This document shows positions 36,691 through 47,311 of a stretch of DNA of 64,000 nucleotides, piece by piece. The position numbers and the translations under genes are program-made. Location of the stretch: contig JBDHJS010000013.1 of the NCBI GenBank assembly GCA_039586795.1, forward strand, positions 1 through 64,000. The letters run 5' to 3'. The DNA comes from Gemmatimonadota bacterium (GTDB lineage Bacteria > Gemmatimonadota > Gemmatimonadetes > Palauibacterales > KS3-K002). The notes below the pieces were generated by a model. That model searched no databases. It saw only the letters and a list, made by a program, of their open reading frames with translations, and was not told the DNA's origin. How positions within the stretch are numbered: position 1 is the first letter of the stretch; each line of letters starts with the position of its first letter.

Positions 36691-39600
36691 ATGTCATTCG
36701 TCCACCTTCACTGTCATAGTGAATTCTCGCTGCTCGATGGCGCGAACAAGATCGACTCGCTGATCAATCGCACCATCGAGCTGGGCATGCCCGCCGTCGC
36801 GCTCACCGACCACGGCAACCTGCACGGCGCCTGGCGCTTCCACGAAACAGCTACCGCAAAAGGGATCAAGCCGATTATCGGCTGTGAAGCGTACGTAGCG
36901 TTCGGTGATCACCGCTCGAAGGAGAAGCCGGCGAACGCGCCGTCGGACTACGCCCACCTGGTTTTGCTGGCCCGCGATCTGGAAGGCTACCACAACCTGG
37001 TGAAGATGGTCTCCATCGGTCAGATGGAGGGCTTCTATCGCCGGCCGCGCATCGATCACAAGGTGCTGGAGGAGCACGCGAAGGGGATCGTTTGCCTGTC
37101 CGCCTGCATGTCCGGCGAGCTAGCGCAGCACCTGAAGCTGGAGCAGTACGACAAGGCGAAGGCGGCGGCGGAATGGCACGCGAGGCTGTTCGGCGACGGG
37201 AACTACTGGCTTGAGGTGCAGAACCACGGGATACCGGGCCAGGCCGAGGTTAACGACGGCATCCAACAGCTGGCCGGCGAGCTGGGGCTGCCGGTGCTGG
37301 CGACCAACGATGCCCACTACCTGCGGCGCGAGGATGCCGATGCCCACGACATCCTGCTCTGCATCGGCACGGGCAAGGACCGTGACGACCCGAAGCGACT
37401 GCGTTTCTACGGCCAGGAGAGCTACTTCAAGTCGGCCGACGAGATGCGGGAGAAATTCCCCAACCAGCCGGAACTCATCGACAACACGCTGGCCGTGGCC
37501 GAGCTGTGCAACATCGAGTTCGAGAAGAAGGTCTACCTGCCGGAGTTCCCGCGGCCGGAGGACTACGACTCGGAGGACGCGCAGCTTCGGGAGCTAGCGC
37601 TGAAGGGCGCCAAGGAACGCTACGGCAACCCGCTGCCCGACGAGGTTCAGCAGCGGCTGGACTTCGAGATCGATGTCGTCACCCGCACTGGTTACAGCGG
37701 CTACTTCCTAATCGTTTGGGACTTCATCCGCGCGGCCCGCGAGCGCGGCGTACCGGTGGGCCCTGGCCGAGGCTCCGCAGCCGGCTCGCTGGTCGCTTAC
37801 GCGCTTCGTATCACCGATATCGATCCGTTGCGCTTCGGATTGCTGTTCGAGCGCTTCCTGAACCCGGAACGCATCTCGATGCCGGACATCGATGTCGACT
37901 TCTGCTACGAGCGCCGCGGCGAGGTGATCGACTACGTGCGGGACAAGTACGGCTCTGACTCGGTAGGCCAGATCGTGACGTTCGGAACCATGCAGTCCCG
38001 GGCGGTGATCCGCGATGTAGGCCGCACGTTGGGCTTCACGCCGGCGGAGACGGACCGGGTGGCGAAGCTGATCCCGAACGCGCCGGGCTATTCCCTCTCC
38101 GTCGAAGAAGCGGTGGACAAAGTCGAGGAGTTGAAGCAGCTGTACGAGGAAGAGCCGCGCTACATGGAGCTGCTCGACTACGCGGCGACGCTGGAGGGTC
38201 TGTCGCGACACACATCGGTTCACGCGGCGGGCGTGGTGATCGCGCCGGGCCCGTTGGCCGACTACGTGCCGGTGATGACGGCACCGACCCGCGGCTCCGC
38301 CACCGACTCGGAGAACGGCGAGCTGGTCATCACACAGTACGACATGGTGAGCCTGGAAAAGGCGGGGATGCTAAAGTTCGACTTCCTCGGCCTGAAGACG
38401 CTCACCGTGATCAGCGATGCCGCGGAGGCGATTAAGGAACGACACGGCGTCGACATCGATTGGGACGAACAGGACCTCGACGATCCCGAGGTCTACGAGA
38501 TGCTGGCCAGCGGCGCGACGGCCGGCGTGTTCCAGTTCGAATCGTCGCTGGCCACCGACAAGCTGCGCGCCATGCGCTGCGACCGCTTCGACGACCTGAT
38601 CGCCGTCAACGCGCTCATCCGGCCTGGCCCCCTCGACTCCGGGATGACCGACGTCTACATCCGGCGCAAGCGGGGCGTCGAACCCGTCGCCTATCCGCAC
38701 GAGACGCTGGCCGGCGTGCTGGAGAACACCTACGGCGTGATCACCTACCAGGAGCAGGTGATGCGCGCCGCGAACGAGATGGCGGGCTTCAGCCTGGCGG
38801 AAGCCGACGTGCTCCGCAAAGCAGTCGGCAAGAAGGACGAAGTGCTAATCCGCCAGGAACTGGACCGCTTTATCGGCCGCTCGCAGGAGCGTGGCGTCAG
38901 CAAGCGGGACGCCGAGCACATCGCCTCGTTGCTGGAGACGTTCGGCCGCTACGGCTTCAACAAGGCCCACGCCGCCGCCTACGCCGTGCTCTCCTACCGG
39001 ACAGCCTGGCTCAAGCGTCACTACCCGGCGGAGTTCATGGCGGCGCTCTTGTCGTCAGAGATCGGCAACACCGACAAGGTAGTGGGCTACATCAACGTCT
39101 GCCGTTCCCTCGACCTCGAGGTGCTGGCGCCGCACGTGAACGAGTCGGGCTACAAGTTCACCGTGGTGAGCGATAAGAGCCTGCGCTTCGGGCTGGGTGC
39201 GATACGCGGCGTCGGTCGCTCCGCCATCGACTCGATCCGGTCGACACGACGGAAAGAAGGTTCCTTCGAATCGTTGTTCGATTTCTGCAGCCGCGTCGAC
39301 CTACGACTCAACAACAAGCGGGTGATCGAAGCGCTGATCGGCGCCGGCGCGCTGGACGGACTCGGCGTGCGAGCGGCGATGGCGGAAGGGCTGGAAGCGA
39401 CGCTCCGCGAAGCGCAACTCCAACAGCGCGAACGAGAGACCGGCCAGCACAGCCTGTTCGGTGGCGACGAGAGCCCGATCATGAAGACCGAGCCGGTGCT
39501 GCCCAACCTTCCTGAGTGGACGGAAGAGGAGAAGCTGGCGCGAGAGAAGGAGCTGGTCGGATTCTTCGTGTCGGGCCACCCGCTGGACGAACACCGTGAC

Positions 39601-40179
39601 CTGGTCGACCTGTGGGCGGAGACCACGAACACCAGCACGATCTCAGATCACAGGGACAAGAAGGTTGAGGTCGCTTGCGTCGTCACCGAGATCAGTCGCC
39701 GTATCTCGCGCAAGGACGGTTCGGAGTGGGCGCGGATCGTGTTCGAGGACTACCACGGCACGGCCGTAGCGCTCGCCTTTCGCGACGTGTGGGCGAAGAA
39801 TCGCGAAACGTTGGAGCCGGGCGTGCCCGTGCTGTTGCGAGGCAGCGTTTCCGGTCGCGAGCGCGACGAAGGGGACCCGCCGGTCTTCCTCGATGGAGTA
39901 GAGCCGCTGGCGTCGCTGTACGAGAGCGGGCGCGTTGCGGTTTGCCTGGATATCGCGGGGTCGGACGACGTCGAGAGCGGGAGACTGGAGAAAGCGATCA
40001 AGGTCGTGAAGGGTCATCCGGGTCCGACGCCTCTGCGGGTGCTGTTGCGAAACGGCGGAGAGGAACCATCGGTGTTGCGGTCGAGGATGTTGAAGGTGGT
40101 GCCGGCACCGGAGGTTTTGGCTGAGTTGCGGGATGTGCTGGGCAAGGAGAGGGTGAGGTTGGTTGAGGTGAAGGTCTAG
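36691..40179 (+). CDS. dnaE: DNA polymerase III alpha subunit
   Basis: FVHLHCHSEFSLLDG PHP domain, GRGSAAGS, MPDIDVDF, KFDFLGL, YGFNKAH. Confidence 0.98.
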   Translation: MSFVHLHCHSEFSLLDGANKIDSLINRTIELGMPAVALTDHGNLHGAWRFHETATAKGIKPIIGCEAYVAFGDHRSKEKPANAPSDYAHLVLLARDLEGYHNLVKMVSIGQMEGFYRRPRIDHKVLEEHAKGIVCLSACMSGELAQHLKLEQYDKAKAAAEWHARLFGDGNYWLEVQNHGIPGQAEVNDGIQQLAGELGLPVLATNDAHYLRREDADAHDILLCIGTGKDRDDPKRLRFYGQESYFKSADEMREKFPNQPELIDNTLAVAELCNIEFEKKVYLPEFPRPEDYDSEDAQLRELALKGAKERYGNPLPDEVQQRLDFEIDVVTRTGYSGYFLIVWDFIRAARERGVPVGPGRGSAAGSLVAYALRITDIDPLRFGLLFERFLNPERISMPDIDVDFCYERRGEVIDYVRDKYGSDSVGQIVTFGTMQSRAVIRDVGRTLGFTPAETDRVAKLIPNAPGYSLSVEEAVDKVEELKQLYEEEPRYMELLDYAATLEGLSRHTSVHAAGVVIAPGPLADYVPVMTAPTRGSATDSENGELVITQYDMVSLEKAGMLKFDFLGLKTLTVISDAAEAIKERHGVDIDWDEQDLDDPEVYEMLASGATAGVFQFESSLATDKLRAMRCDRFDDLIAVNALIRPGPLDSGMTDVYIRRKRGVEPVAYPHETLAGVLENTYGVITYQEQVMRAANEMAGFSLAEADVLRKAVGKKDEVLIRQELDRFIGRSQERGVSKRDAEHIASLLETFGRYGFNKAHAAAYAVLSYRTAWLKRHYPAEFMAALLSSEIGNTDKVVGYINVCRSLDLEVLAPHVNESGYKFTVVSDKSLRFGLGAIRGVGRSAIDSIRSTRRKEGSFESLFDFCSRVDLRLNNKRVIEALIGAGALDGLGVRAAMAEGLEATLREAQLQQRERETGQHSLFGGDESPIMKTEPVLPNLPEWTEEEKLAREKELVGFFVSGHPLDEHRDLVDLWAETTNTSTISDHRDKKVEVACVVTEISRRISRKDGSEWARIVFEDYHGTAVALAFRDVWAKNRETLEPGVPVLLRGSVSGRERDEGDPPVFLDGVEPLASLYESGRVAVCLDIAGSDDVESGRLEKAIKVVKGHPGPTPLRVLLRNGGEEPSVLRSRMLKVVPAPEVLAELRDVLGKERVRLVEVKV

Positions 40180-40183
40180 ACGA

Positions 40184-40355
40184 GGCTAATGTTCAACACC
40201 TAATCGTTAATCCTCAAGGCCTAGGGTGAACGTCTCCAATGTCCACACCCAACTCCTAATTTCCAAGAACCTGGATATTGGAGAGTGGATGTGGACATTG
40301 GGGACGTTCCACTTATCACCTTGAGGATCGAGGATTAGTCGGTTGAACATCAGCC
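40184..40355. repeat. 172-bp nested imperfect palindrome, heptamer family A
   Basis: GGCTAATGTTCAAC...GTTGAACATCAGCC with further nested arms; CAACACCTAA core. Confidence 0.8.
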
Positions 40356-40450
40356 GGCCACAGGCCGGCCTCCCCTCTATTGCCGCCGGCCTTATGTGCT
40401 AGATTACCAGACTCCCCTAGGTCAGTGGCGTGAACCTGCTTAGGCGACAA

Positions 40451-41413
40451 ATGGCATCACATCAGGAATTCGAACGCTCCATAGAAGACGTGGTCGCCCA
40501 GATCGGCCACCTGCAGAGCCTTGCCAGCGAGAGGGGCCTGAACGTGGACGAAGAGGTCAAGCGGCTGGAGGCGCGGCTTGACGAGCTGCGGGCCGAGACG
40601 TTCAAGTCGCTCACCGCGATGGAGCGCGTGCAGATCGCTCGCCACGCTCAGCGCCCGCATTCCCTCGACATGATCGAGCGCGTATTCACCGACTGGATCG
40701 AGTTGCACGGCGACCGAGCGTACCGTGACGACCCGGCGGTGGTGTGCGGCTGGGCGCGGCTGGACGGTCGGTCGGTGATGGTGATCGGTCAGCAGAAGGG
40801 CCGCAACACCAAGGAGAACCTGAAGCGCAACTTCGCGATGATGCATCCCGAGGGTTATCGCAAAGCTCTGCGCATGATGCGTCAGGCGGAGAAGTTCGGT
40901 CGCCCGATCATAACGATCATCGACACGCCCGCTGCCTACCCCGGCATCGGCGCCGAGGAGCGCGGGCAGGCGGAAGCGATCGCGCGTAACCTGCTCGAGA
41001 TGTCGCTCATCGAAGTGCCGATCGTCGCCGCGGTGATCGGGGAAGGTGGAAGCGGTGGCGCGCTGGGCCTCTCAGTCGCCAACCGCATCATCATGCTCGA
41101 GTACGCCATCTACTCGGTCATCTCGCCGGAAGGTTGCGCATCGATCCTCTGGAAAGAGAACACTGAGGAAGTTCGCAAGCAGGCCGCCGCCGCTCTCAAG
41201 CTCACGGCGCCCGACCTGTTGGAGCTCGGCGTCATCGACGAGGTGATCCGGGAACCGGAAGGCGGCGCCCACGACGATTGGGACGGCGCGGCCAGGATCC
41301 TTAAAGACGCACTGATCAAGAACCTGGAAGATCTGGACAGACTGCCCACCGAAGAACTACTGCAGGGCCGCTACGAGAAGTACCGGAAGATGGGAGCGTG
41401 GGCGGGTGGCTGA
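40451..41413 (+). CDS. accA: Acetyl-CoA carboxylase carboxyltransferase alpha subunit
   Basis: ELHGDR, PEGYRKALR, GAEERGQAEAIA, GEGGSGGALG, YSVISPEGCA. Confidence 0.97.
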   Translation: MASHQEFERSIEDVVAQIGHLQSLASERGLNVDEEVKRLEARLDELRAETFKSLTAMERVQIARHAQRPHSLDMIERVFTDWIELHGDRAYRDDPAVVCGWARLDGRSVMVIGQQKGRNTKENLKRNFAMMHPEGYRKALRMMRQAEKFGRPIITIIDTPAAYPGIGAEERGQAEAIARNLLEMSLIEVPIVAAVIGEGGSGGALGLSVANRIIMLEYAIYSVISPEGCASILWKENTEEVRKQAAAALKLTAPDLLELGVIDEVIREPEGGAHDDWDGAARILKDALIKNLEDLDRLPTEELLQGRYEKYRKMGAWAGG

Positions 41414-42554
41414 GCATGTCCCGGGCGGCAACGGTCGGGAGCGGAGCGGGGACATCGAACCATCGACCGGCGAACCGAATCGCCCGAGTGATCCCGGTGC
41501 GGATCAGCCGGAAGCCCCGCAAGATGCCGATCGCGAGCTGACTTCAGAAGCAGAACAGTCGACGGAAGCCGGCCCGGGCCCGACGGACGAAGGGACGGCC
41601 GACGCCGACGCCGAATCCTCTGATCAACCCGACGAAGCCGGTAAAGCCGACCCCGAGACGCCCGCCGCGCCGACGCACGGCATCATCAGCAAAGGCCCGG
41701 CACCGCAGCTGCTCGAGATCCGATTCAAGGGAAAGCGACGCGACTTCTACACGGCGCACGTCACGCCGCCGATCCGGGTACGCGAGTACGTGGTCGTCGA
41801 GGCCGACCGTGGGCAGGACCTCGGGGTCGTCACCTCGTTGGGCGACCTGGCGCGGCGTAAGTGCGAGGTCTGCGACGACTGCCAACCGAACAGCCTGCCG
41901 AGCAAGCGGATGCTGCGGCGTGCCGCTCCGGTCGACGTCGAACGGCTCGTCACGTTGCGCGGCGAGGAGGACGACATCCGCAAGTCGGTCCGCGAGATGG
42001 TGGAAGAACAGCGCCTGAAGATGAAGATCAGCGATGCGGAGTGGCAGTGGGACCGCAACAAACTGATCATCTACTTCACCGCCGACAAGCGCGTCGACTT
42101 CCGCGTGTTGGTCCGCAACCTGGCAAAGAAGTACCGCACGCGCATCGAGCTCAAGCAGATCGGCGTTCGCGATGAGGCAAAGCGACTGGACGGCGTTGGT
42201 CGCTGCGGGCGCGAGCTATGCTCGGCCAACTGGCTGCCCGAGCTGAAGCCCGTCACGCTGCAGCTGGCGAAAGACCAGAACCTGTCGCTGAACCCATCCC
42301 AGATCTCGGGAGCCTGCGGCCGTTTGATGTGCTCGTTGCGCTTCGAGCACGACTTCTACGTGCAGGCCCGGAAGCGGTTCCCGAAAGAAGGCCGCCAGGT
42401 CCAGACGTCGGTCGGCCAGGAGACGGTGGTCGCGATCAACTTGTTCGCCAACCGCGTGACGCTGAAGGGCCCGACCGGCGAACTACGGAGCCTGGCCCTG
42501 GAAGAGCTGAAGCAGGAGACGGCGACAACGCGCAGGAGCGCTAGGAAGAACTAG
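41406..42554 (+). CDS. ricT: PSP1 / RicT (YaaT) family Fe-S protein with an acidic N-terminal extension
   Basis: FTADKRVDFR, RIELKQIGVRDEA, GRCGRELC, ISGACGRLMC. Confidence 0.9.
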   Translation: MAEHVPGGNGRERSGDIEPSTGEPNRPSDPGADQPEAPQDADRELTSEAEQSTEAGPGPTDEGTADADAESSDQPDEAGKADPETPAAPTHGIISKGPAPQLLEIRFKGKRRDFYTAHVTPPIRVREYVVVEADRGQDLGVVTSLGDLARRKCEVCDDCQPNSLPSKRMLRRAAPVDVERLVTLRGEEDDIRKSVREMVEEQRLKMKISDAEWQWDRNKLIIYFTADKRVDFRVLVRNLAKKYRTRIELKQIGVRDEAKRLDGVGRCGRELCSANWLPELKPVTLQLAKDQNLSLNPSQISGACGRLMCSLRFEHDFYVQARKRFPKEGRQVQTSVGQETVVAINLFANRVTLKGPTGELRSLALEELKQETATTRRSARKN

Positions 42555-42566
42555 AGGTCCGAGGCC

Positions 42567-44063
42567 TTGCCCAAGTTCTACATCACCACAGCCATCGATT
42601 ATTCCAACGGCGATCCCCACCTGGGGCATTCGTTCGAGAAGATCGGCGCCGACGTCATCGCCCGATACCGGCGCATGGCCGGCGACGATGTCCACTTCGT
42701 GATCGGGATGGACGAGCACTCGCAGACCATTCTGGAGCCGGCCGCTGAGGCGGGACTGACGCCGCAGGCGTGGGTCGATCGGATGGCGGAGACGTTCTCC
42801 AAGGCGTGGGAGCGGCTCGAGATCAGCCACGACGATTTCATCCGCACCACGGAACCGCGTCATGAGAAGGCCGTGATCGACCTGGTCGAGCGGACCAAGG
42901 AGGCCGGCTACATCTACCCGGGCACCTACGAAGGCTACTACTGCGAGCGCTGCGAGACGTTCAAGCAGGAGAAGGATCTGGTCGACGGCCGCTGTCCCGA
43001 ACACCCGGACCTCGAGATCACGTGGACGAAAGAGGATAACTACTTCTTCAAGTTGTCGGCGTTCCGCGACCCGCTGCTCAAGCTGCTCGACGAGCACCCC
43101 GAGTTCGTGCAGCCGGAGATCCGGCGCAACGAGATCCGCAACGTGCTGAAGGAAGGTCTGCAGGACGTCTCGGTGTCGCGCCCACAGCGCGAGTGGGGCA
43201 TTCCCTTCCCCGGCGACCCGGACCACGCGGTCTATGTCTGGTACGACGCGCTGATCAACTACCTGTCGGCCGTCGGCTATCCCGGCGACTATCAGGAATG
43301 GTGGCCGGCGGATGCTCACGTGATCGGCAAGGGCATCACGCGGCACCACTGCATCATCTGGCCGGCGATGCTGATGGCCGCCGGCATTGAGCTGCCCAAA
43401 TCTGTTTGGGCCCACGGCTACATTCACTGGGGCGGCCGCAAGCTATCGAAGTCGGCGGGCGATCAGGTGACGTTGGACAGCGCCATCGAACGCTACGGCA
43501 CCGATCCGCTGCGCTACTACCTGCTGCGCGAAGTGCCGTGGGACAGCGACGGCGACTTCACGTGGCAGCGCTACGACGACATCTACAACGCCGAGTTGGC
43601 GAACGACCTGGGCAACCTGGCGAACCGCGCCCTGTCAATGATCCACAAGTATCGTGGCGCCACGGTCCCGCAGGGACCCGAGACATCCATCGATCGGCGA
43701 GCCAATGACGCGCTGGACGTGTATCGCGACGCGATGGACGGGTTTCTGCTCCATAAGGGCATCGCGGCGGCGATGGATCTGGCGAACGCGGGGAACGGAT
43801 TCATAGAGGAGCAGGCACCGTGGGCGCTGGCCAAGGACGAGTCGAAGGCGGCGGAGCTTGACGCGACGCTGGCGGCATTGGCGCGGACGCTGGGGCGGCT
43901 GGCGATGCTTCTGGTTCCGTTTATGCCGAGCAAGATGAGCGAACTTTGGCAGGCGCTGGGGCAAGGCGATTCGATTTCTGGCCTTGATGCGTATGCGGCG
44001 CTCGATTTTGCCGGCGTGACGGTTGATAAGAGTGCGGTGTTGTTTCCGAAGGCGGAGAAGTAA
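42567..44063 (+). CDS. metG: Methionine--tRNA ligase (short form)
   Basis: FYITTAIDY, HLGH, YVWYDALINY, KLSKS, LANDLGNL; TTG start. Confidence 0.96.
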   Translation: MPKFYITTAIDYSNGDPHLGHSFEKIGADVIARYRRMAGDDVHFVIGMDEHSQTILEPAAEAGLTPQAWVDRMAETFSKAWERLEISHDDFIRTTEPRHEKAVIDLVERTKEAGYIYPGTYEGYYCERCETFKQEKDLVDGRCPEHPDLEITWTKEDNYFFKLSAFRDPLLKLLDEHPEFVQPEIRRNEIRNVLKEGLQDVSVSRPQREWGIPFPGDPDHAVYVWYDALINYLSAVGYPGDYQEWWPADAHVIGKGITRHHCIIWPAMLMAAGIELPKSVWAHGYIHWGGRKLSKSAGDQVTLDSAIERYGTDPLRYYLLREVPWDSDGDFTWQRYDDIYNAELANDLGNLANRALSMIHKYRGATVPQGPETSIDRRANDALDVYRDAMDGFLLHKGIAAAMDLANAGNGFIEEQAPWALAKDESKAAELDATLAALARTLGRLAMLLVPFMPSKMSELWQALGQGDSISGLDAYAALDFAGVTVDKSAVLFPKAEK

Positions 44064-44120
44064 GGGATTGGACTCGGTGCTCAGGATCGGGGTGTTGGGA
44101 ATGCGGATGAGTCTTGAGCC

Positions 44121-45245
44121 ATGAACCTGAGCGTTAGGTGTTGTGGATTAGGTATTGGTCTATTAGCGACAGCCCCCCTCTTTGTCCTCAGCACGGAACC
44201 TTCCCTCGCCCAAGAGCTCACCACTGCGACTGTCCGAATCTGCGCCGGCGGCGACCTACTAATCGGCAACAACCTCGACACCCTCTGGGCCGCCCGCGCT
44301 TCCGACCGCCTCGGGTTTGATATCCCGGCTTTTCCCAACCCCGACTCGCTTCTCGCACCACTGTCACCGCTCATCGCGGACGCCGACATAGTATTACTCA
44401 ACATCGAGGGCGCGATCGGCGAGGGCACGGCACCCAGCAAGTGCCGGCCAGGATCGACCAGTTGTTATGCGTTTCGCCAGCCGCCCTATGTGGCGGAGTC
44501 GATCGGCGGGATAGTCGACGGCGCTTCCGTGGTCGGCAACGTGGCCAATAACCACGCGATGGATGCCGGGCCGGACGGATGGGATGCCACCGTTCGCCAC
44601 CTTCGGGATGCCGGAGTTGATGTGACAGGCACTGACACGCTGGCAACGGTCGTCGTTACGGAGGCCGGCGACACGGTGGCGATCCTCGGCTTCAGCACGT
44701 TCGTCGCCGGGCCCGACGCCCGGGACCTGCGCGGGCTGCGCCGGCACGTCGCCCGGGCGTTCGCCCGCTACGGGCGCGTCATCGTCTCGGTTCACATGGG
44801 CGGCGAAGGGCGCGGCGCGCAGCGGACGAGGGACGCCACGGAACTGTTCCTTGGCGAAGATAGAGGGAACCCGGTGGCGTTCGCGCGGGTGGCAATGGAA
44901 TCCGGTGCTTCGCTGGTCATCGGTCATGGACCGCATGTACTGCGGGCGGCGGAGTGGCGTGGCGATGCGCTGGTCTTTTACTCGCTAGGTAACCTGCTGA
45001 CGTATGGTCCGTTCAACTTTCGGGAGCCAAACGATCGGGGCGGGATCGGGTGCGCGCTCATAGATCGCGCCGGGCGCGTGGTCAGGGCGGAGTTTCGGTC
45101 GACGTATCAGGTACCGCCGGGGCTGGTGTTTCCGGATGGGTCGGGGCGTGGTGCGGTGCTGGTGGACTCGTTGGGTCGGTTGGACTTTCCTGAGACGCGG
45201 GGCGAGGTGGCTCGGGACGGTAGAATCAATCGTGGGTCGCGGTAA
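44121..45245 (+). CDS. CapA/PgsA family metallophosphoesterase
   Basis: GDL, NIEG, ANNHAMD, HMGGE, IGHGPHV, YSLGN. Confidence 0.9.
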   Translation: MNLSVRCCGLGIGLLATAPLFVLSTEPSLAQELTTATVRICAGGDLLIGNNLDTLWAARASDRLGFDIPAFPNPDSLLAPLSPLIADADIVLLNIEGAIGEGTAPSKCRPGSTSCYAFRQPPYVAESIGGIVDGASVVGNVANNHAMDAGPDGWDATVRHLRDAGVDVTGTDTLATVVVTEAGDTVAILGFSTFVAGPDARDLRGLRRHVARAFARYGRVIVSVHMGGEGRGAQRTRDATELFLGEDRGNPVAFARVAMESGASLVIGHGPHVLRAAEWRGDALVFYSLGNLLTYGPFNFREPNDRGGIGCALIDRAGRVVRAEFRSTYQVPPGLVFPDGSGRGAVLVDSLGRLDFPETRGEVARDGRINRGSR

Positions 45246-45262
45246 TCCCCTGTTAACAAATG

Positions 45263-45335
45263 CTCAACACCTAAGACCTAATCCTCAACCCTCAGGGGAA
45301 CCCTGGGAGTTGAGGATTAGGTCTTAGGTGTTGAG
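45263..45335. repeat. Perfect 27-bp inverted repeat, heptamer family A, between convergent genes
   Basis: 45263-45289 is the exact reverse complement of 45309-45335. Confidence 0.9.
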
Positions 45336-45349
45336 GGTTATTAGGCCAG

Positions 45350-46612
45350 CTACTCCTCGGGTTTCCCCTGACCCAGCTTGCTCAGAATATTTACGCCCGT
45401 CGCCGACTCAATCTGCTCCGTCAGCTTGATCACCGCCGAAGGCAACTGATTCGCCGCCGTCGCGACGCCCGTTCCTTCTCCCGAATCGATGATCGTCAGG
45501 CGGTCGACGTCGATGCCGTCCACCGTCTTCGCGATCTCGCGAATGATCTCGGGCAGCATATTGAGGATGAAGATGCGCTCCGCATCGCCGCCGGCGTTCA
45601 GGTAGAGCTTGATCATCTCCTCGAGCACGTAGAGCCGGGCGCGACCGTCCTCGACGATCGTCGCCGCCACACCCTTGGCCAGCTGCTCGGCCGCCTCGCG
45701 CTCGGCGCGGGCGGGCAGCAAAACGTCGGCTTCCAGGCGCCGTTGCTCGAGGGAGATGCGCTCCTGCTGCAGATCCTGCTCGGCGACGACCTTGGACTTC
45801 TCACCGGTGACCGGCGCCGCCAGTTCCTTGGCCAGCGCGTCGGCCTCCAGCTCGGCCGTGCGGATGCGCAGCTCGTTGTTCTTTTCGACGATGGCCAGGT
45901 CCGCAGAGATCTTGGCGACTTCGGCGGCCCGACGCGCCGCCGCCTCGGTCTGCTCGGCCTCGGAGCTGCGCTCGGCCTCGGCGACCCTGGCCTTCTTGAT
46001 GATGTCGGCAGTGCGCTGCCGGCCGATGGAATCCAGGTAGTTCACCTCGTCGGTGACGTTCTGGATCTTCATCGTATCGAGCTCGAGGCCCAGCTTCTGC
46101 ATGTCCTCGTCCGCCTCTTCGATCAACGTTTGGGCGAACTTGAGCCGATCCTCGTTCACTTCCTCGGGCGTCAGCGTCGCGACTATGCCGCGCAGGTTAC
46201 CCTCGAGGGTGTCCTTGGCGATCTGCATGATCTCCTCGAACGGCTTGTCGAGCATGCGCTCGACCGCGTTGTGAGCTACGGGGTCGCGAGCGCTGACCTT
46301 TACGTTGGCGATGCCCGCGACGATCAACGGGATCCCGCCCTTGGAGTACGCGTTGTGTACGGTCACCTCGATGGGCAGCGTCGTCAGGTCGAGGCGCGCC
46401 ACGCGCTCGACGATGGGCACGCGCAGCGTGCGTCCGCCATGCAGCAACCGGTATCCGGCGCGACGACCGTCGGCCGTCAGTCGCTTGCGACCTGTTATGA
46501 CCACCATCTCGTTGGGCTGGCAGATCACGATCAGCGACTTGACCGTATAGACAAGCGCAACCAGGACTCCGAGCCCAACCGACCCCAGTATTAATGCCGT
46601 GTCCGGATTCAT
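45350..46612 (-). CDS. Flotillin / SPFH domain protein
   Basis: N-terminal TM helix, PNE..VITG, LEGNLRG, long Ala/Glu-rich coiled coil. Confidence 0.92.
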   Translation of the reverse strand: MNPDTALILGSVGLGVLVALVYTVKSLIVICQPNEMVVITGRKRLTADGRRAGYRLLHGGRTLRVPIVERVARLDLTTLPIEVTVHNAYSKGGIPLIVAGIANVKVSARDPVAHNAVERMLDKPFEEIMQIAKDTLEGNLRGIVATLTPEEVNEDRLKFAQTLIEEADEDMQKLGLELDTMKIQNVTDEVNYLDSIGRQRTADIIKKARVAEAERSSEAEQTEAAARRAAEVAKISADLAIVEKNNELRIRTAELEADALAKELAAPVTGEKSKVVAEQDLQQERISLEQRRLEADVLLPARAEREAAEQLAKGVAATIVEDGRARLYVLEEMIKLYLNAGGDAERIFILNMLPEIIREIAKTVDGIDVDRLTIIDSGEGTGVATAANQLPSAVIKLTEQIESATGVNILSKLGQGKPEE

Positions 46613-46621
46613 CGTGTTACC

Positions 46622-47311
46622 TCACCTTTCTGCGGGCGGAAGCTCCGGTGTATCGAACGGAATCACCTCCGCTACTCCGTTTTCGATGCGCAGGACGACG
46701 ACCTCGCTCCCGGGATTCAGCGTTCGCGTTACTTCCGGCGCCAGCCGAGCGGTGCAGTACTGCTCCCGGTCGCCGATCAGACAGCTGATGCGTCCCGGCT
46801 GCCCAGGCGCCAGCGCGAGAACCACCGTCGCCGGTCGGCCCTCGATGTCGCGCTCGCTTACCGCGTCGAGCCCAACCTCGCTGCGCCGGATCCAGAGGAA
46901 GACGGCGTGGGTCAACAGCCCCGCTCCACCACCCATCGCCAACGCGAACGCGAAGGTCGAGCCTTCCGGGTTGCCGGACAGCGTCAGGAGAGTGCCTGTT
47001 AGACCGAACCCGGCGAGGAAGAAGATGATGTTGCGCGGCTTGAACAGCCCGAGCACCAGCTCGCCGGCGCCGGCGTGACCCACATCGACATCGTGGTCCA
47101 CGTGCACATGCACATCGACATCCGCACCGGCGACATCAACGCCCGACACATCCACGTCGACGCCGGCAACGTCCACATCCATGCCGGACACATCAGTGTC
47201 CAGGCCGCCGGACATATCGACATCGCTCGCGTCATGGTGCGCGCCGCTCAGCACGGAGAAGAGAAGCAGCCCACCGCCCATAACAGCGGCAAGGATATAG
47301 ACTCCTAGCAT
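46622..47311 (-). CDS. NfeD/YuaF-like membrane protein with Asp/His-rich repeats
   Basis: Three TM helices, C-terminal OB-fold pattern, directly upstream of flotillin. Confidence 0.85.
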   Translation of the reverse strand: MLGVYILAAVMGGGLLLFSVLSGAHHDASDVDMSGGLDTDVSGMDVDVAGVDVDVSGVDVAGADVDVHVHVDHDVDVGHAGAGELVLGLFKPRNIIFFLAGFGLTGTLLTLSGNPEGSTFAFALAMGGGAGLLTHAVFLWIRRSEVGLDAVSERDIEGRPATVVLALAPGQPGRISCLIGDREQYCTARLAPEVTRTLNPGSEVVVLRIENGVAEVIPFDTPELPPAER

